Assembly: GCF_006345805.1 (NCBI RefSeq)
Contig: NC_042999.1
Span: 55,738,001 to 55,802,000 of the forward strand
Source of the DNA: Octopus sinensis
Lineage: Eukaryota
DNA: 64,000 nucleotides
Direction: 5' to 3'
In this document: positions 1 through 14,174 of the stretch, piece after piece
How the letters are laid out: every line of letters begins with the position of its first letter
Position numbering within the stretch: the first letter of the stretch is position 1
The notes under the pieces: generated by a model
What the model saw: the letters and a program-made list of their open reading frames with translations, nothing else
Database searches by the model: none
Told to the model about the DNA's origin: nothing
Made by a program: the position numbers and the translations under genes

Positions 1-579
1 TAAAATCTATTCCACCACTGGGCTCCATATGGCCCTTGGAGGTCCTTGTAAGATTTTGTTGTTAAAATTTATCTCCAATAATTTGGTTATATTTTTACAA
101 TGCACAAAATATATTAATTTTTTTTAATACAATTCCTAATAAAATAGTAGTTTTAAGACATCGAAGGGATGTGAAGGTTGTACTCCCTAGGTAAAACGGG
201 AATCGAAGGGGTCTAAGAAATGGTTGAGAGGCACTGGTTGCAAACTCGGTCTACCTCACTACCGAACAAGTGAAATGAAAGTAAAATGTAAAGCCGAAAC
301 AAAACGAAATATCTAAAGGAAATAAATTCAACCCAAACCAAAATTGGAAACCGAATGCGATGTAAACCGTAGAGTAATCAGGGCCCGTCCAGTCGAGACT
401 ATCCTGCCTTTTGTGAGTAATATCCCTGGGACTGCATTATCCAATGTGTACTTAATTTAAAAGGAAGGTGCAATGTGGTTTGTCGAAGACTTGGCTGCTA
501 TTTCTAGTCTAATGAAATAGGTAGTATAGAGGGTCACTCGTTGAGGGAAGGGGACTCTTTTACTTGGATAATTTCTTTT

Positions 580-790
580 CATCGAAGTTTCGAGCGTGTC
601 GGACAAAATGCTTATCGGCATTTCTTCCGGCTCTTTACGTACCAAGTTCAAATTCTACCGAGGTCGACTCTGCCTTTCATCCTTTCGGAGTCGATAGAAT
701 AAGTACCAGTTGAGTATGGTAACTGATAGGCACCCCACCCCTAAAATTGCCGGCTTTGTGCCAAAATTTAAAACAATTATTATTATTATT
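580..790 (+). mobile_element. Degenerate tRNA-derived SINE
   Basis: Core AGTTCAAATTCTACCGAGGTCGACTCTGCCTTTCATCCTTTCGGAGTCGATAGAATAAGTACC matches the body of the intact SINE at 14655-14889; ends in (ATT)n. Confidence 0.65.
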
Positions 791-1182
791 CCCTGTGGGA
801 TTTGAATTAAGTTCCGAATTCAAATTCTGCTGACGTCAATTTGGTTTTGATAAAATAAAATACCAGTCGCATATGGAGATCAATTTAAACAATCATACTA
901 TTCCCTAAAATATTTGTTATTATGTCGATGTTAAAAATTCATACATATTATTTTAAGGACTAAATTATCTATCGTACCTCCGTTTCATACCTTCTACACC
1001 AGGACTAAATTATCAACGTAGTTGATTAGGGAGAACTCAGAAACGAAGTTGCTGAGAAACGCATGAACCTCACAACACAGTATTTACCCACCCATCTATA
1101 TTTATAAATTTGATTGATCACTCGTAGCTGTTGGTAAGAAATCACTAACAATGATAATTAATAGTAATCGATATAAACTTAC

Positions 1183-1598
1183 CTGGAAGAACAAATATGA
1201 TGCATAAGACAGAGAAAGGATGCGGAATGGTTCCCACGTAAGAATACGATTTTTAAAGCAACATCCAGCTTGGTTTTGTCCAGTTTTTCCACCCATTCAA
1301 GAGAAAGTTTCGACAGAAGAACATCAACAAAACGCGAAAAATGGTTCTGAAGGAAACAACTTCTTGCTTGAGATTTTTCGCCATAACTTGGAAAATACTG
1401 GTTGAGTAAGGGATCACTGGAAGCCTGAGTCCTCCTGGTTAAATTACATTCGTCTCCTGCAGTAATTTTAGAAGCTGAAATAAGGGCCACAACAGTGTCC
1501 AGGGAACTCATCACTTGATATGGGTCGGTACTTGAGAGACCCACATGGAGTTCTTTCAATAAATTAAGAACTTTACCGTTTATCTCTGGCTTCGACAT
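1183..1598 (-). CDS. TELO2: First coding exon of telomere length regulation protein TEL2 homolog; the gene continues beyond the left edge
   Basis: ORF MSKPEING...FLQNHFSRFVDVLLSKLSLEWVEKLDKTKLDVALKIVFLRGNHSASFLCLMHHICSSR aligns by eye with the human TELO2 N-terminus ([25 protein letters not shown]...FFLEGPADQAFLVLMETI). Strong donor CAG|GTAAGT at 1183/1182 (phase 2). Non-repetitive composition. Confidence 0.8.
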
Positions 1599-1845
1599 GG
1601 TTGGCCTTTGTCTAAGCTTATTATGGGGATCGATATATTAAAAGGATTCTATTAATTATAGATTTAAACCATAGATTTACTGTAAAGATTAATAAGAATC
1701 ACAGAGGAAAGTAAAACAGCGACATCATTATTTCTCAATGTTTACAAGCCATTGAAAAGTACGGATGACGAAATGGGAAATAACTTTGTATATATGGTAG
1801 CAGCAACATGTCATAAATTTCGTTCTTCGTAAAAGTTTTCTGCCT
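1599..1845 (-). promoter_or_regulatory. Putative 5'UTR/proximal promoter of the TELO2-like gene
   Basis: Unique sequence immediately upstream of the ATG; possible acceptor TTAG 13 nt before the ATG. Positional inference only. Confidence 0.3.
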
Positions 1846-2935
1846 TTGAAGGCCAGATTTTCCTAGTTAACTAAAAAATTTGAAACTTCGTATACTGGTA
1901 GAATGTGTCAAAAGAAAACATAATTGTAAACAAAATTGAAAACAAAATTGTTATTCGTAACTTAAACGTAGTTTAATTTTTACGAATTTTAACCAATGAA
2001 ATACCAACATCTTCGAATTTTAACCAATGAAATCCCAGCATTGCTGCGTTATCGATATTGATAAAGAAATATAGCAGACGTACCACGCACACACACACAC
2101 ACACACACACATTTGCACAAGCACATAGTAATTAATATATAAGCGTACACACACATACAAACGGACATATACACACACACACATACAAACGGACATATAC
2201 ACACACACACATAGTAATTAATATATAAGCGTACACACACATACAAACGGACATATACACACACACACACACACACACAGTAATTAATATATAAGCGTAC
2301 ACACACATACAAACGGACATATATATATACGCACACAAGCAAAAATACACGTTCGTGTTTTGCCACTTGCAAATTTGCACAAAAGGTGGGGTCAATGTTT
2401 CATCGTTTCGGGGTCGATAAATTAAGTACCAATTACGCACTGGTGTCGAGGATTTTTTTCCCAATTTATATCACAGCTTCCGACAAGCTGGGGGCATCCT
2501 TTTATGAAAAAATATTTCGCAAATTTTTACAATACGATTCACACTCCACGCGCAAACTCGAGACCGATTTTGTTTTTGTTGTTTCTGGCCCTTCAAAACC
2601 ATGGGAGAAGCCTTTTCGGTAAAAAAAAATAAAGAAAATATTCAAAAAATATCGTTAATACTTTTATTGGGCGACGAAATATCTCGATTTAAGAGATATA
2701 ACTGTTATTTCTAGCACATGTAGAAGACAGAAGAAGAGGTAAATAATTTGAGCTCGAATGCTGCGATTTCATTGGTTAAAATTCTTAAAATTAAACTACG
2801 TTTAAGTTACGAATAACAATTTTGTTTTCAATTTTGTTTACAATAATGTTTTCTTTTGACACATTCTACCAGTATACGAAGTTTCAAATTGTTTAGTTAA
2901 CTAGGAAAATCTGGCCTTCAAAAAGAAAAGATCCC
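1846..2935. mobile_element. MITE-like element with ~170-190 bp terminal inverted arms and an internal (CA)-rich minisatellite
   Basis: Left arm TTTGAAGGCCAGATTTTCCTAGTTAACT...TTAACCAATGAA (1846-2030) is the reverse complement of the right arm (2760-2925). A further arm copy lies at 21165-21350. Confidence 0.7.
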
Positions 2936-3046
2936 AGTTATACATACACATACCTAGTCATGGATGGCTACCCACACTAACACACACGTACACATACACA
3001 TGCAAGTAGTCACACGAGTGTACACACAACCACACACATACGCACG

Positions 3047-3083
<37 letters not shown>

Positions 3084-3829
3084 ACTCGCACACACGCACA
3101 TAATCTCCTTTCCTCTCACCCTTATTCTTCTAAGCAAACACACATCTACACACACATATAAAGGCATGCATGCACGCAGACATAAGATTAATTCGCGGCC
3201 AAATTCAGGGCAGACGTTGAAGAGAAAGGGCAAGCTATTGAAAAGGTCGCGAAAAATAGCGACGTAAACAGGAGAAAATTTGCTGATGGCAAAAAAATTC
3301 TACAAAATTTTTCTTTGCCACCCTATATTGATTAATTATGAATTTTCTGGTTAATTCCGTAATGGAATCGACGGCTTATATTTATTTGCTGCCGATAAAT
3401 TTGGCGCGAGTGCGATGATTTGAAAATTTTAGGTCAGATATTACCTTGGCAGGGTCGAAAATGCCTCGTGAAAATATCTGTTCCGACTTGTGGCTATTTC
3501 TTACTGAAGAATCTGAGGGCCTATGGAAGATTGGCCTGATTTAATTTAATCAGGTTAGTTTACCATTAAACAGCAGATGAAACGGTGCATCGTATAAGAA
3601 ATTACAGGGTAAATGTTTTTTAAATTTTCTCCTGTTTACGGAATTAATTTTTATTTGCGGTTGAAGCTTTGGCTGTTATTTCTAGTGGGTGAATGGCCTA
3701 TTATGGCCGTTCCTTGATTGTTGATGTTGAACTTAAAAATGGTCTATGACTATTTAATTTTTTCCCACTAGGCCGCTGGTGGCAAAAAAATTCTACAAAA
3801 TTTTTCTTTGCCACCCTATATTGATTAAT

Positions 3830-3859
<30 letters not shown>

Positions 3860-3867
<8 letters not shown>

Positions 3868-4679
3868 ATTGAGGTAATCAGATCAGATGGTTCCTATTTG
3901 TAGATATTTATTTATATATTACATTTTTTACATATATATCATATATTTTTATTTTTATTCTTTTATTTTTTATTCTTTATATTTTTATTTATTCTTTATA
4001 TTTTTTTATTTTTTATTTATTTATTTATTTATTTTTTATTTTTATATTTCTATATTTTTTTATTTTTTTATTTTTATTATTATTATTTTTATTTTCCCTT
4101 TTCTCTTTTTGTCTCTCTCCCCTTCTCCAAACACACAGACACACACACACACACACATACACACACACACACGCACGCACACAAAAACACACACGGACAC
4201 ACAGAGACACACACACACACACACACCTCCACAGAATGATCATAGAAAGTGTGACCCCAAATGACATTTGTCAGGCCAACCTACGCACAACACACACTCA
4301 GTGACATCGAAATGGACGGCCAAAGTTCTTATAAAACCACAGGCGGTCCAGCAGACCAACGGAAATAACACTTCTTCACTCTCAGATATAAACTCGCACA
4401 CACACACACACACACGCACACACACATATACACACACACACACACACATACACATACACACATTTTTTCTCTGTCTCACTTTCTCCTCACCCACTACTAC
4501 GAAACTATAAAATGTTCAAACTCCCCACAACTGATTTGATTTGAAAAGCCCACTAGAATGGGAGCAAGCGCTAATCCGAAATCCGAATGATATGATATGA
4601 TATATATGTAAAAAATGTAATATATAAATAAATATCTACAAATAGGAACCATCTGATCTGATTACCTCAATTTTTCTAA
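3860..4679. mobile_element. MITE-like element with ~85 bp TIRs in a (TA)n context
   Basis: TTAGAAAAATTGAGGTAATCAGATCAGATGGTTCCTATTTGTAGATATTTATTTATATATTACATTTTTTACAT (from 3860) is mirrored at 4600-4679; TA-flanked. Confidence 0.65.
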
Positions 4680-4712
4680 TATATAATACCTGTACATCAT
4701 GTCCAAACCTTC

Positions 4713-4759
<47 letters not shown>

Positions 4760-4779
4760 CTTCGTTGTGCCATTTATTT

Positions 4780-4840
<61 letters not shown>

Positions 4841-4856
4841 TGTATATATATATATA

Positions 4857-5254
4857 TCTTTATATATAAAAGTGAAGTTGTGTGTCTGTCTCCTACGATT
4901 TAGATTCCTAACTACTCCCTCATTTTGCGGTGCAGTGTAACCAAAAGCGGGTATCTTATAGTCGTGATTCATATCGAGCCCTTCTGGGTATTAGCGCACG
5001 TCTACGATGAGTCTACGATTAAAAAAAAATTTACCATCATTTTCTCCGCATTTTTAATGCATTTTCGCTCGGTTTATATAAGGGAAGTAACTCTCTAAAA
5101 ATGTATTATTAAATCTCAGAATGTAAAAAGCTACAGTAACACACACCCCCTTTGTGGTTAGCCATATTGAGATGACTATTATACTTTACATCTCTAAAAA
5201 TGCTTATATAGTTATTTCCCTTACAAACCCGAGCAACGCCGGGCAACACTGCTA

Positions 5255-5255
<1 letters not shown>
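4857..5255 (+). mobile_element. Non-autonomous Helitron (~400 bp)
   Basis: Starts A|TC(TTTATATATAAAAG), ends CTAG|T, subterminal hairpin CCCG-AGCAACGC-CGGG (5228-5243). Sibling copies at 37019-37412 and from 38672. Confidence 0.8.
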
Positions 5256-5294
<39 letters not shown>

Positions 5295-5296
<2 letters not shown>

Positions 5297-5425
5297 TCTT
5301 TTATTCTTTTATTTGTTACAGTCATTTGACTTTGGCTATGCTGGAGCACTGCCTTTAGTCGAGCAAATCGACTCTAGGGATTATTCTTTGTAAGCCTAGT
5401 ACTTATTCTATCGGTCTGTTTTTGC
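5295..5425 (-). mobile_element. SINE 3' fragment
   Basis: Same block (CAGTCATTTGACT...GCTGGAGCAC...AAGCCTAGTACTTATTCTATCGG) as 30290-30420 and 58510-58620. Confidence 0.6.
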
Positions 5426-6809
5426 CACACACACACACACACACACACACATACATATATACACATACGCACACTCACTCACACACGTATACACACACAC
5501 ATCTTGTTGCTTCTTGGGAGGGTCATTATGCCAATAACGATATGGTTACACATCTTGACCAACTTCGTAATCTATCGTTTGTTTAACGTGCTGGTTAAAC
5601 AATCAAAGTTTTGTTTCTTCGTGAAAGTCCGTTCGTCGCTATTTTTCGCGACCTTTTCAATAGCTTGCCCTTTCTCTTCAACGTCTGCCCTGAATTTGGC
5701 CGCGAATTAATCTTATGTCTGCGTGCATGCATGCCTTTATATGTGTGTGTAGATGTGTGTTTGCTTAGAAGAATAAGGGTGAGAGGAAAGGAGATTATGT
5801 GCGTGTGTGCGAGTGTGTATGTGTGTGTGTGTGTGTGTGTGTGCGTGCGTGCGTATGTGTGTGGTTGTGTGTACACTCGTGTGACTACTTGCATGTGTAT
5901 GTGTACGTGTGTGTTAGTGTGGGTAGCCATCCATGACTAGGTATGTGTATGTATAACTGGGATCTTTTCTTTTTGAAGGCCAGATTTTCCTAGTTAACTA
6001 AACAATTCATAATTAATCAATATAGGGTGGCAAAAAAAAATTTTGTAAAATTTTTTTGCCACCAGCGGCCTAGTGGGAAAAAATTAAATAGTCACAGACC
6101 ATTTTTAAGTTCAACATCAACAATCAAGGAACGGCCATAATAGGCCATTCACCCACTAGAAATAACAGCCAAAGCTTCAACCGCAAATAAAAATTAATTC
6201 CGTAAACAGGAGAAAATTTGCTGGTGGCAAAAAAATTCTACAAAATTTTTCTTTGCCACCCTATATTGATTAATTATGAATTTTCTGGTTAATTCCGTAA
6301 TGGAATCGACGGCTTATATTTATTTGCTGCCGATAAATTTGGCGCGAGTGCGATGATTTGAAAATTTTAGGTCAGATATTACCTTGGCAGGGTCGAAAAT
6401 GCCTCGTGAAAATATCTGTTCCGACTTGTGGCTATTTCTTACTGAAGAATCTGAGGGCCTATGGAAGATTGGCCTGATTTAATTTAATCAGGTTAGTTTA
6501 CCATTAAACAGCAGATGAAACGGTGCATCGTATAAGAAATTACAGGGTAAATGTTTTTTAAATTTTCTCCTGTTTACGGAATTAATTTTTATTTGCGGTT
6601 GAAGCTTTGGCTGTTATTTCTAGTGGGTGAATGGCCTATTATGGCCGTTCCTTGATTGTTGATATATATATATATATATATTTGTTTCTTCGTGAAAGTC
6701 CGTTCGTCGCTATTTTTCGCGACCTTTTCAATAGCTTGTCCTTTCTCTTCAACGTCTGCCCTGAATTTGGCCGCGAATTAATCTTATGTCTGCGTGCATG
6801 CATGCCTTT

Positions 6810-8580
<1,771 letters not shown>

Positions 8581-8787
8581 TATATATGTATAAGTGAGAG
8601 TCTCCTTATTTACCTAAACTCTATTATTCTATTTATTCTTTTATCTACTTTATTGATTCCTTTATCACTGACTTTGACCACTCCCCTAAGAATGATAGTT
8701 TGCGCCATGCCTACCCCAAAAAGTCCCCCACCACCACCCCTTTAAACCTGCCTAAGTGTATAAATGCCAAAACTATTCTTGTCACCT

Positions 8788-8838
8788 AGCTTCCTGATGA
8801 TTTCTTTTGAATGAAACAGTTCTAGTCCTGTAGAAGCT
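8788..8838 (+). ncRNA. Type I hammerhead ribozyme motif (PLE-type)
   Basis: Stem I AGCTTC/GAAGCT, core CTGATGA, stem II TTC-TTTT-GAA (closing T.T mismatch), GAA, stem III ACAG/CTGT, cleavage triplet GTA (8830-8832). Confidence 0.7.
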
Positions 8839-8849
8839 CCTTCTATAAA

Positions 8850-9051
<202 letters not shown>

Positions 9052-9324
9052 TATAATTTGAGGGAATATTATTCATAACTTACAGGGAAAATTTCAATTT
9101 AGAAATACTAAATCAAATTTCACAAAATATAACATATATATAAAATTACAAAAAAACACCTTTTATCAATTCAAAATGAACAATTAAATTACACCATCTA
9201 GAAAATTACATATAATAGAAATATTAAATATAAAATAACAATAATATACCGATGATTAAGTAATGTGCAAAATAATAAATAAATCGTATATATCATGAAT
9301 TGATAAAAGGTGGTTTTTTTTCTA

Positions 9325-9393
<69 letters not shown>

Positions 9394-9633
9394 GTCAAAC
9401 TAATGCACCTGCTTGTTATTCCTGCACCTGTCTTCGTCTTTTGTTGTTTTCTCTAAATATATCCTTTTATATATCTGTGCTGCATGATTCTTGATGTTAA
9501 ACCGTGCGTTGAAACAGATATTGTTGTATTTCGAGATAGTTATTTTTTTCCCTCTTTTTGCCAAATAAACAGGCGCACTATATAATTCCCTTTTCACTCA
9601 TTTATTACTGTTCTTATTCTAATTTATGTTTAT

Positions 9634-9679
9634 CGTCCGGAAATCTTTCGTCACACCTCTGTGAAATCTTCGGCGACAC
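9634..9679 (-). ncRNA. Degenerate hammerhead motif
   Basis: Minus strand GTGTCG-CCGAAGA-TT-TCAC-AGAGGT-GTGA-C-GAAAGATTTC-CGGAC. U4C core change, weak stem I. Confidence 0.4.
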
Positions 9680-9903
9680 TTTCCGTCTTCGTGTGTACTC
9701 TTGCTCCGCTTTTATACATATACACACACACGCGAGTAAATATACGGGTAAAACCCTTGTGGTATGCTATATAAAGCTCGTATAAAGTCTTACTCAAAGA
9801 AGGTGCATTTCACACCTTGAATTGGTGATAATGATTACACAACATCTCACAAATGAACAAGTGTAAAAATGTGTCGAAACAATTGTAATGTTTATAGATA
9901 ATG

Positions 9904-9968
<65 letters not shown>

Positions 9969-10487
9969 CATGCATGAACAGCGAAAGAAACAATATTATC
10001 GATAATGCCCGAAATTGCGTTTGACTCCTCTTGCTGATAACTGATGAAGAATTTGTGACCTTGTGTGTTTTCTGTTCGCCTGTGCATTTAGTATGTGTTC
10101 GTTTGTTTATTTACTATACGTTTATTTTTAATTATATATATACAGATATGTCATATTTTCCGTTTGTTGTCTTTTTATTTAATCCTGAAGATATTATTTA
10201 TGTAACGCACACACTCATTAATCTTTTACCTATATATATATATATATGTGTGTGTGTGTATGTGTGCGTGTGTGTGTGTGAGTGTGTGTGTATGCGCGCG
10301 TGTGTGTGTGTGTGTGTAGTTCAAATTTACAGAAAACAAATGACGAAGACAGGTGAAAGAACAACGAGCAGGGTTTGAAGGTTTTTTAGTTATAGAAATC
10401 GACCCCAGGACTTACTCTTTGGAACCCTAGCACTTATTCTATCGGTTTCTTTTTCCAAAACGCTAAGCTACGGGGACGTGTATATAT

Positions 10488-10565
<78 letters not shown>

Positions 10566-10568
<3 letters not shown>

Positions 10569-10790
10569 CGTAGGAGTGACTGTGTGACAAGAAGTTTGCT
10601 GCCTTGTCACAAGGTCAAATAGATTTGGAAGATGGAAACTGAAAAAAGCCCGTCGTATATACGTGTTTGTGGGCCGGAGGGGCTAGCTTCGTGCTTGTCC
10701 CAGACAACCGCTTGTTGACTTCCTTTCCATCCCCGCAACTTAGAAGTTCGACGAAATTGACCGATAGAATATGTGTCGAATGACTGAGAC
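10566..10790 (+). mobile_element. Degenerate, internally deleted tRNA-derived SINE
   Basis: Head GGCGTAGGAGTGACTGTGTG.. and GATTTGGAAGATGGAAACTGAAAAAAGCCCGTCG match the family at 41707/44599. Confidence 0.55.
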
Positions 10791-11040
10791 AAGTAAATGT
10801 TTTTTTTAGATATATCGTAGTAATATCTAATGTAGTTGTGGTTTACGACCAGTCAGGACGTTACCATTGGTTTCACACTTTTTATACTCTTAGCAATATA
10901 GACGTCTCCCACTGCTAAGAACGTAATAGGTGCGAAAGCAATGGTGACTCCCTGACAGGCCATACCAGCCACATAGTTTCGGGTTCATTCACACTGCGTG
11001 GCACCTTAGAACCTAGGGCTGGATTCAAAATTCTACCAGG

Positions 11041-11085
11041 ACACCTGATGAAGGCTGGAGAGTAAATCAGCCGAAATTTTGTGGT
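11041..11085 (+). ncRNA. Degenerate minimal hammerhead within a pLTR-like repeat (second partial copy 12188-12290)
   Basis: ACAC-CTGATGA-A-GGCTG-loop-CAGCC-GAAA-TTTT-GTG. The sibling at 12188 retains CAGCCGAAACGTTGTGT, and both share ~100 bp downstream. Confidence 0.45.
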
Positions 11086-12639
11086 AGCAACAAACAAGAT
11101 GAGGACAAATATCCGTCCAATGTAAAAAAATGTAAATATTGTACAGAATTCCTCATCTCTAAAATATAGAACAATTTATGATTGTTTCAAAAATTCCATG
11201 TTGACTTAATCTTGCATCGTGTTTTTAAACGACTCCACAATTAATGATGTAGTCATATCTGTTGTACAGATACCCCGTTCATAGAAATGATCCCTCGCAA
11301 CTCTCTACAAAAAATAATATGCTGAAGTGTTTGTCTACCGGTTAAATATAGGACATTAATCAATGTTTATAGTGGACGGCACAGCGGTCACGTTTATAAA
11401 CATGATTGAAGATAAGTCAAAATGAATTTGTAGAAATAATTGTAAACTATGAAACAAAAATAATAACGCAAACTCCACTCTTCAGTGCTTATTATTTTAT
11501 ACTCAACAATAATTTGTGGGTTACCAGCTTATTGGGGGTCTTTTCCCCCATTTAGTCATTGTCCGTAGAAGTACTTCTTCCCTAGGCAAGCGCCTGGATT
11601 ATTTTATCCCAAGTCTCCTGTAATATACCTCCCTGCGCGCGCGAGCGAGTGTGGGTGTGTTCAACTGACACATTCGTTAACTTGGGTTATTTATTTCGCT
11701 TCTTTGCTTTGTGAGTTCAAATAACGCCTAAGTTAACTTCATCTTCATATTCTCAAAATAACAATACAGAGAAGATTCGTGGAATCTAGTAGTATCTAGC
11801 AGTATCTATTTCGGATACCTATATTCTGAGTTCAAATCCCACCTACTATCAGCGGAAAAATAAAAGGGTCCTTCTTAGAAGAAAATCCGTTGGTAAAGGT
11901 AAAGCTCCAAATACTGAGATTCTCAATTGCATTGTGTTGACCTCATCTACTCCCTCCTATATAGATTCCAGCTGCACTGGTCTGAGGTCACATTGCCAAA
12001 AGAACGGATAAATAACCTATGGGACGGGTTGGTTTTTTTTACAATGAGTTAGTAAGGATAGAAACCAGGGCCGAATTTAGGTGAGAAGAAGCCCTGGTTT
12101 ATTTCACTTATGAGGTCGCTTCGAATCTCCCACCTTTACGACTAGAATTATACATATAACTTGTGGGTATATATCTTGGGGGTATATCAGCCGAAACGTT
12201 GTGTTAAGAATAAACAAGATGAGGATAAATATCCGTCAAATGTAAATAATGTAAATAATTCCTCATTTCTTAAATACAGAACTGTAATACATATGTAATT
12301 ATGAAATCTTTGGATAGCTCCTCTCTGAATACCTCATTTGTGGATATTTCATCTCTAATTATCTCGTCTATGGATATCCCATATGTGGATATTTCACATG
12401 GGGGTATCTCTCTTGCTAATATCTCTTTGCTGTACGATATCTACAGTAAAGAGATACGTTCATTTATTAATGTTATATAGACATCTATGAGATATCTCCC
12501 ACGCATTTGTTTTTGTAGCGGAAATGAATCGTAATGATGATACGAGTACGAATATAGATAGCGTGAAACTTGGAGTTACTAATTTTAAAAAATGTGTATG
12601 CGTGCGCACTCGAGTGCGTGCAAACGAAAGCATATATGT

Positions 12640-12644
12640 ATGTA

Positions 12645-12680
<36 letters not shown>

Positions 12681-12783
12681 TGTATGTATGGATGGATGGA
12701 TGGATGGATGGATGAGTGTGTGTGTGTGTGTGTGTGTGAGTGTGTATGTGAGTGTGTGGCTAGCTAGACAGACAGACAGATAG

Positions 12784-12856
<73 letters not shown>

Positions 12857-13087
12857 TCTTTCTTTATTAGCCACACAGGGCGGAACACAGAGGGGACAAA
12901 ATACAATGTAGAGCTTTTCTTTTCGGGGGAAAAAAGAGAAAAATAAAATTCTGATCAAAAGGGAGCGTAAGACAAAAAAAAAAAGACAGACAGATAGACA
13001 GACGGCCAGACAGATAGATAGACAGACAGGCAGAGAGACAGACAGACAGGTAGACAGATAGATAGATAGGCAGACAGACAGACAGAC

Positions 13088-13174
<87 letters not shown>

Positions 13175-13175
13175 A
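12640..13175. repeat. (TATG)n/(GATG)n/(GT)n/(GATA)n/(GA)n/(GACA)n microsatellite field
   Basis: Directly visible. Confidence 0.95.
12857..12975 (-). mobile_element. 5'-truncated retroelement 3' tail within a (GA)n/(GACA)n tract
   Basis: Minus strand TGTCCCCTCTGTGTTCCGCCCTGTGTGGCTAATAAAG resembles the tails at 14655-14715 and 46694-46750. Confidence 0.5.
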
Positions 13176-13399
13176 AGATAGAAGGTCGATGCAGGGAGGA
13201 TCACCACCGTAAATATAAGCCACACACAAATATTCGCAACAACCGCACACATAAAGAGAAGAGAGAAGGGAAAAGAAATAACTCCTGGGCGACGTAAATT
13301 CAATAACAACAATTACAATAATAATAGCAATAACAGCTAAAATATGGACGTCAGCAGCACATTTCATAAAGTATGCACGTCAGCGGCACATATCATAAA

Positions 13400-13830
13400 G
13401 TATGGGTGTCAGCGGCACATATCATAAAGTATGGACGTCAGAAGCACAGCGGCCGGGATCTCTTTAATATCGATCCTTTCTCAGCCAGACATAATCTGCA
13501 CTTTCTGCTGCTATTGAAGTACGCTTTACATTTCTCTAGAATCCTCCACTTTATGTTATTCTTGGTGACGCTGTCTTTCAACGACCATACGTGCTTGGCC
13601 AGGGTTCTGGCATTACATCTCTCCTAGATGCTGAAGGACTTGTGGTTGTTATAGCAGGGTCTGAAGGGGCCTTCAGTTGCTCCAATGTACTTTCGCACGT
13701 TTGGTTGTCTATTTAATCCTATTGCTGTTACCTTTACCTCGTATACGACGTCCTTCGTATTACAGTGGCCGTTCAGTGGCGATGTTGGGTTACCCTTACT
13801 TGAGCATTTTGCCTCTGTCTCAGGTGTGAC
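13400..13830 (-). pseudogene. Penelope-like element GIY-YIG endonuclease fragment
   Basis: PLNGHCNTKDVVYEVKVT...RKYIGATEGPFRPCYNNHKSF, continuing to LAKHVWSLKD...IKWRILEKCKAY...CRLCLAEK. A 27-bp unit is repeated 3-4x at 13340-13440. Confidence 0.8.
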
Positions 13831-14174
13831 CCTAACTACTAAAATCAAATTTTTACATTAAACGTGCACAGCTAAAGAAAACATTCACGATGCGCTTATT
13901 TTTAATCCTTGAAAATTTTCTAGTTCCCACCAAGTATCGGCGGGTGCATAACCCTCCCGTAAGACCATTGCATGTGCGTGGGTGTCTATTGTTTGTCTTT
14001 ACATATACAATGATAAATTACTTAAGTTCTTTAAATAGGTCAGTAAAGTCTTGCAAGTTTGTAAGCGTACGCAATCCATGATAATGAGGCATGCTCGTTA
14101 TATTTGACAGAAAAGTGTATTATATTACACGTGGTCAAGACCTCTCTTTTGTGTGTAGTGTATATCCTTGACCG

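Noticed and set aside
1599-1615. Possible N-terminal extension of TELO2 by splicing from the 28814 or 18912 exon candidates
   Set aside because: The acceptor 13 nt before the ATG needs a phase-2 donor; those candidates end in phase 1 and 0.
3887-4264. Hydrophobic Phe/Ile/Tyr-rich ORF resembling a membrane protein
   Set aside because: T-rich low-complexity interior of the 3860-4679 MITE.
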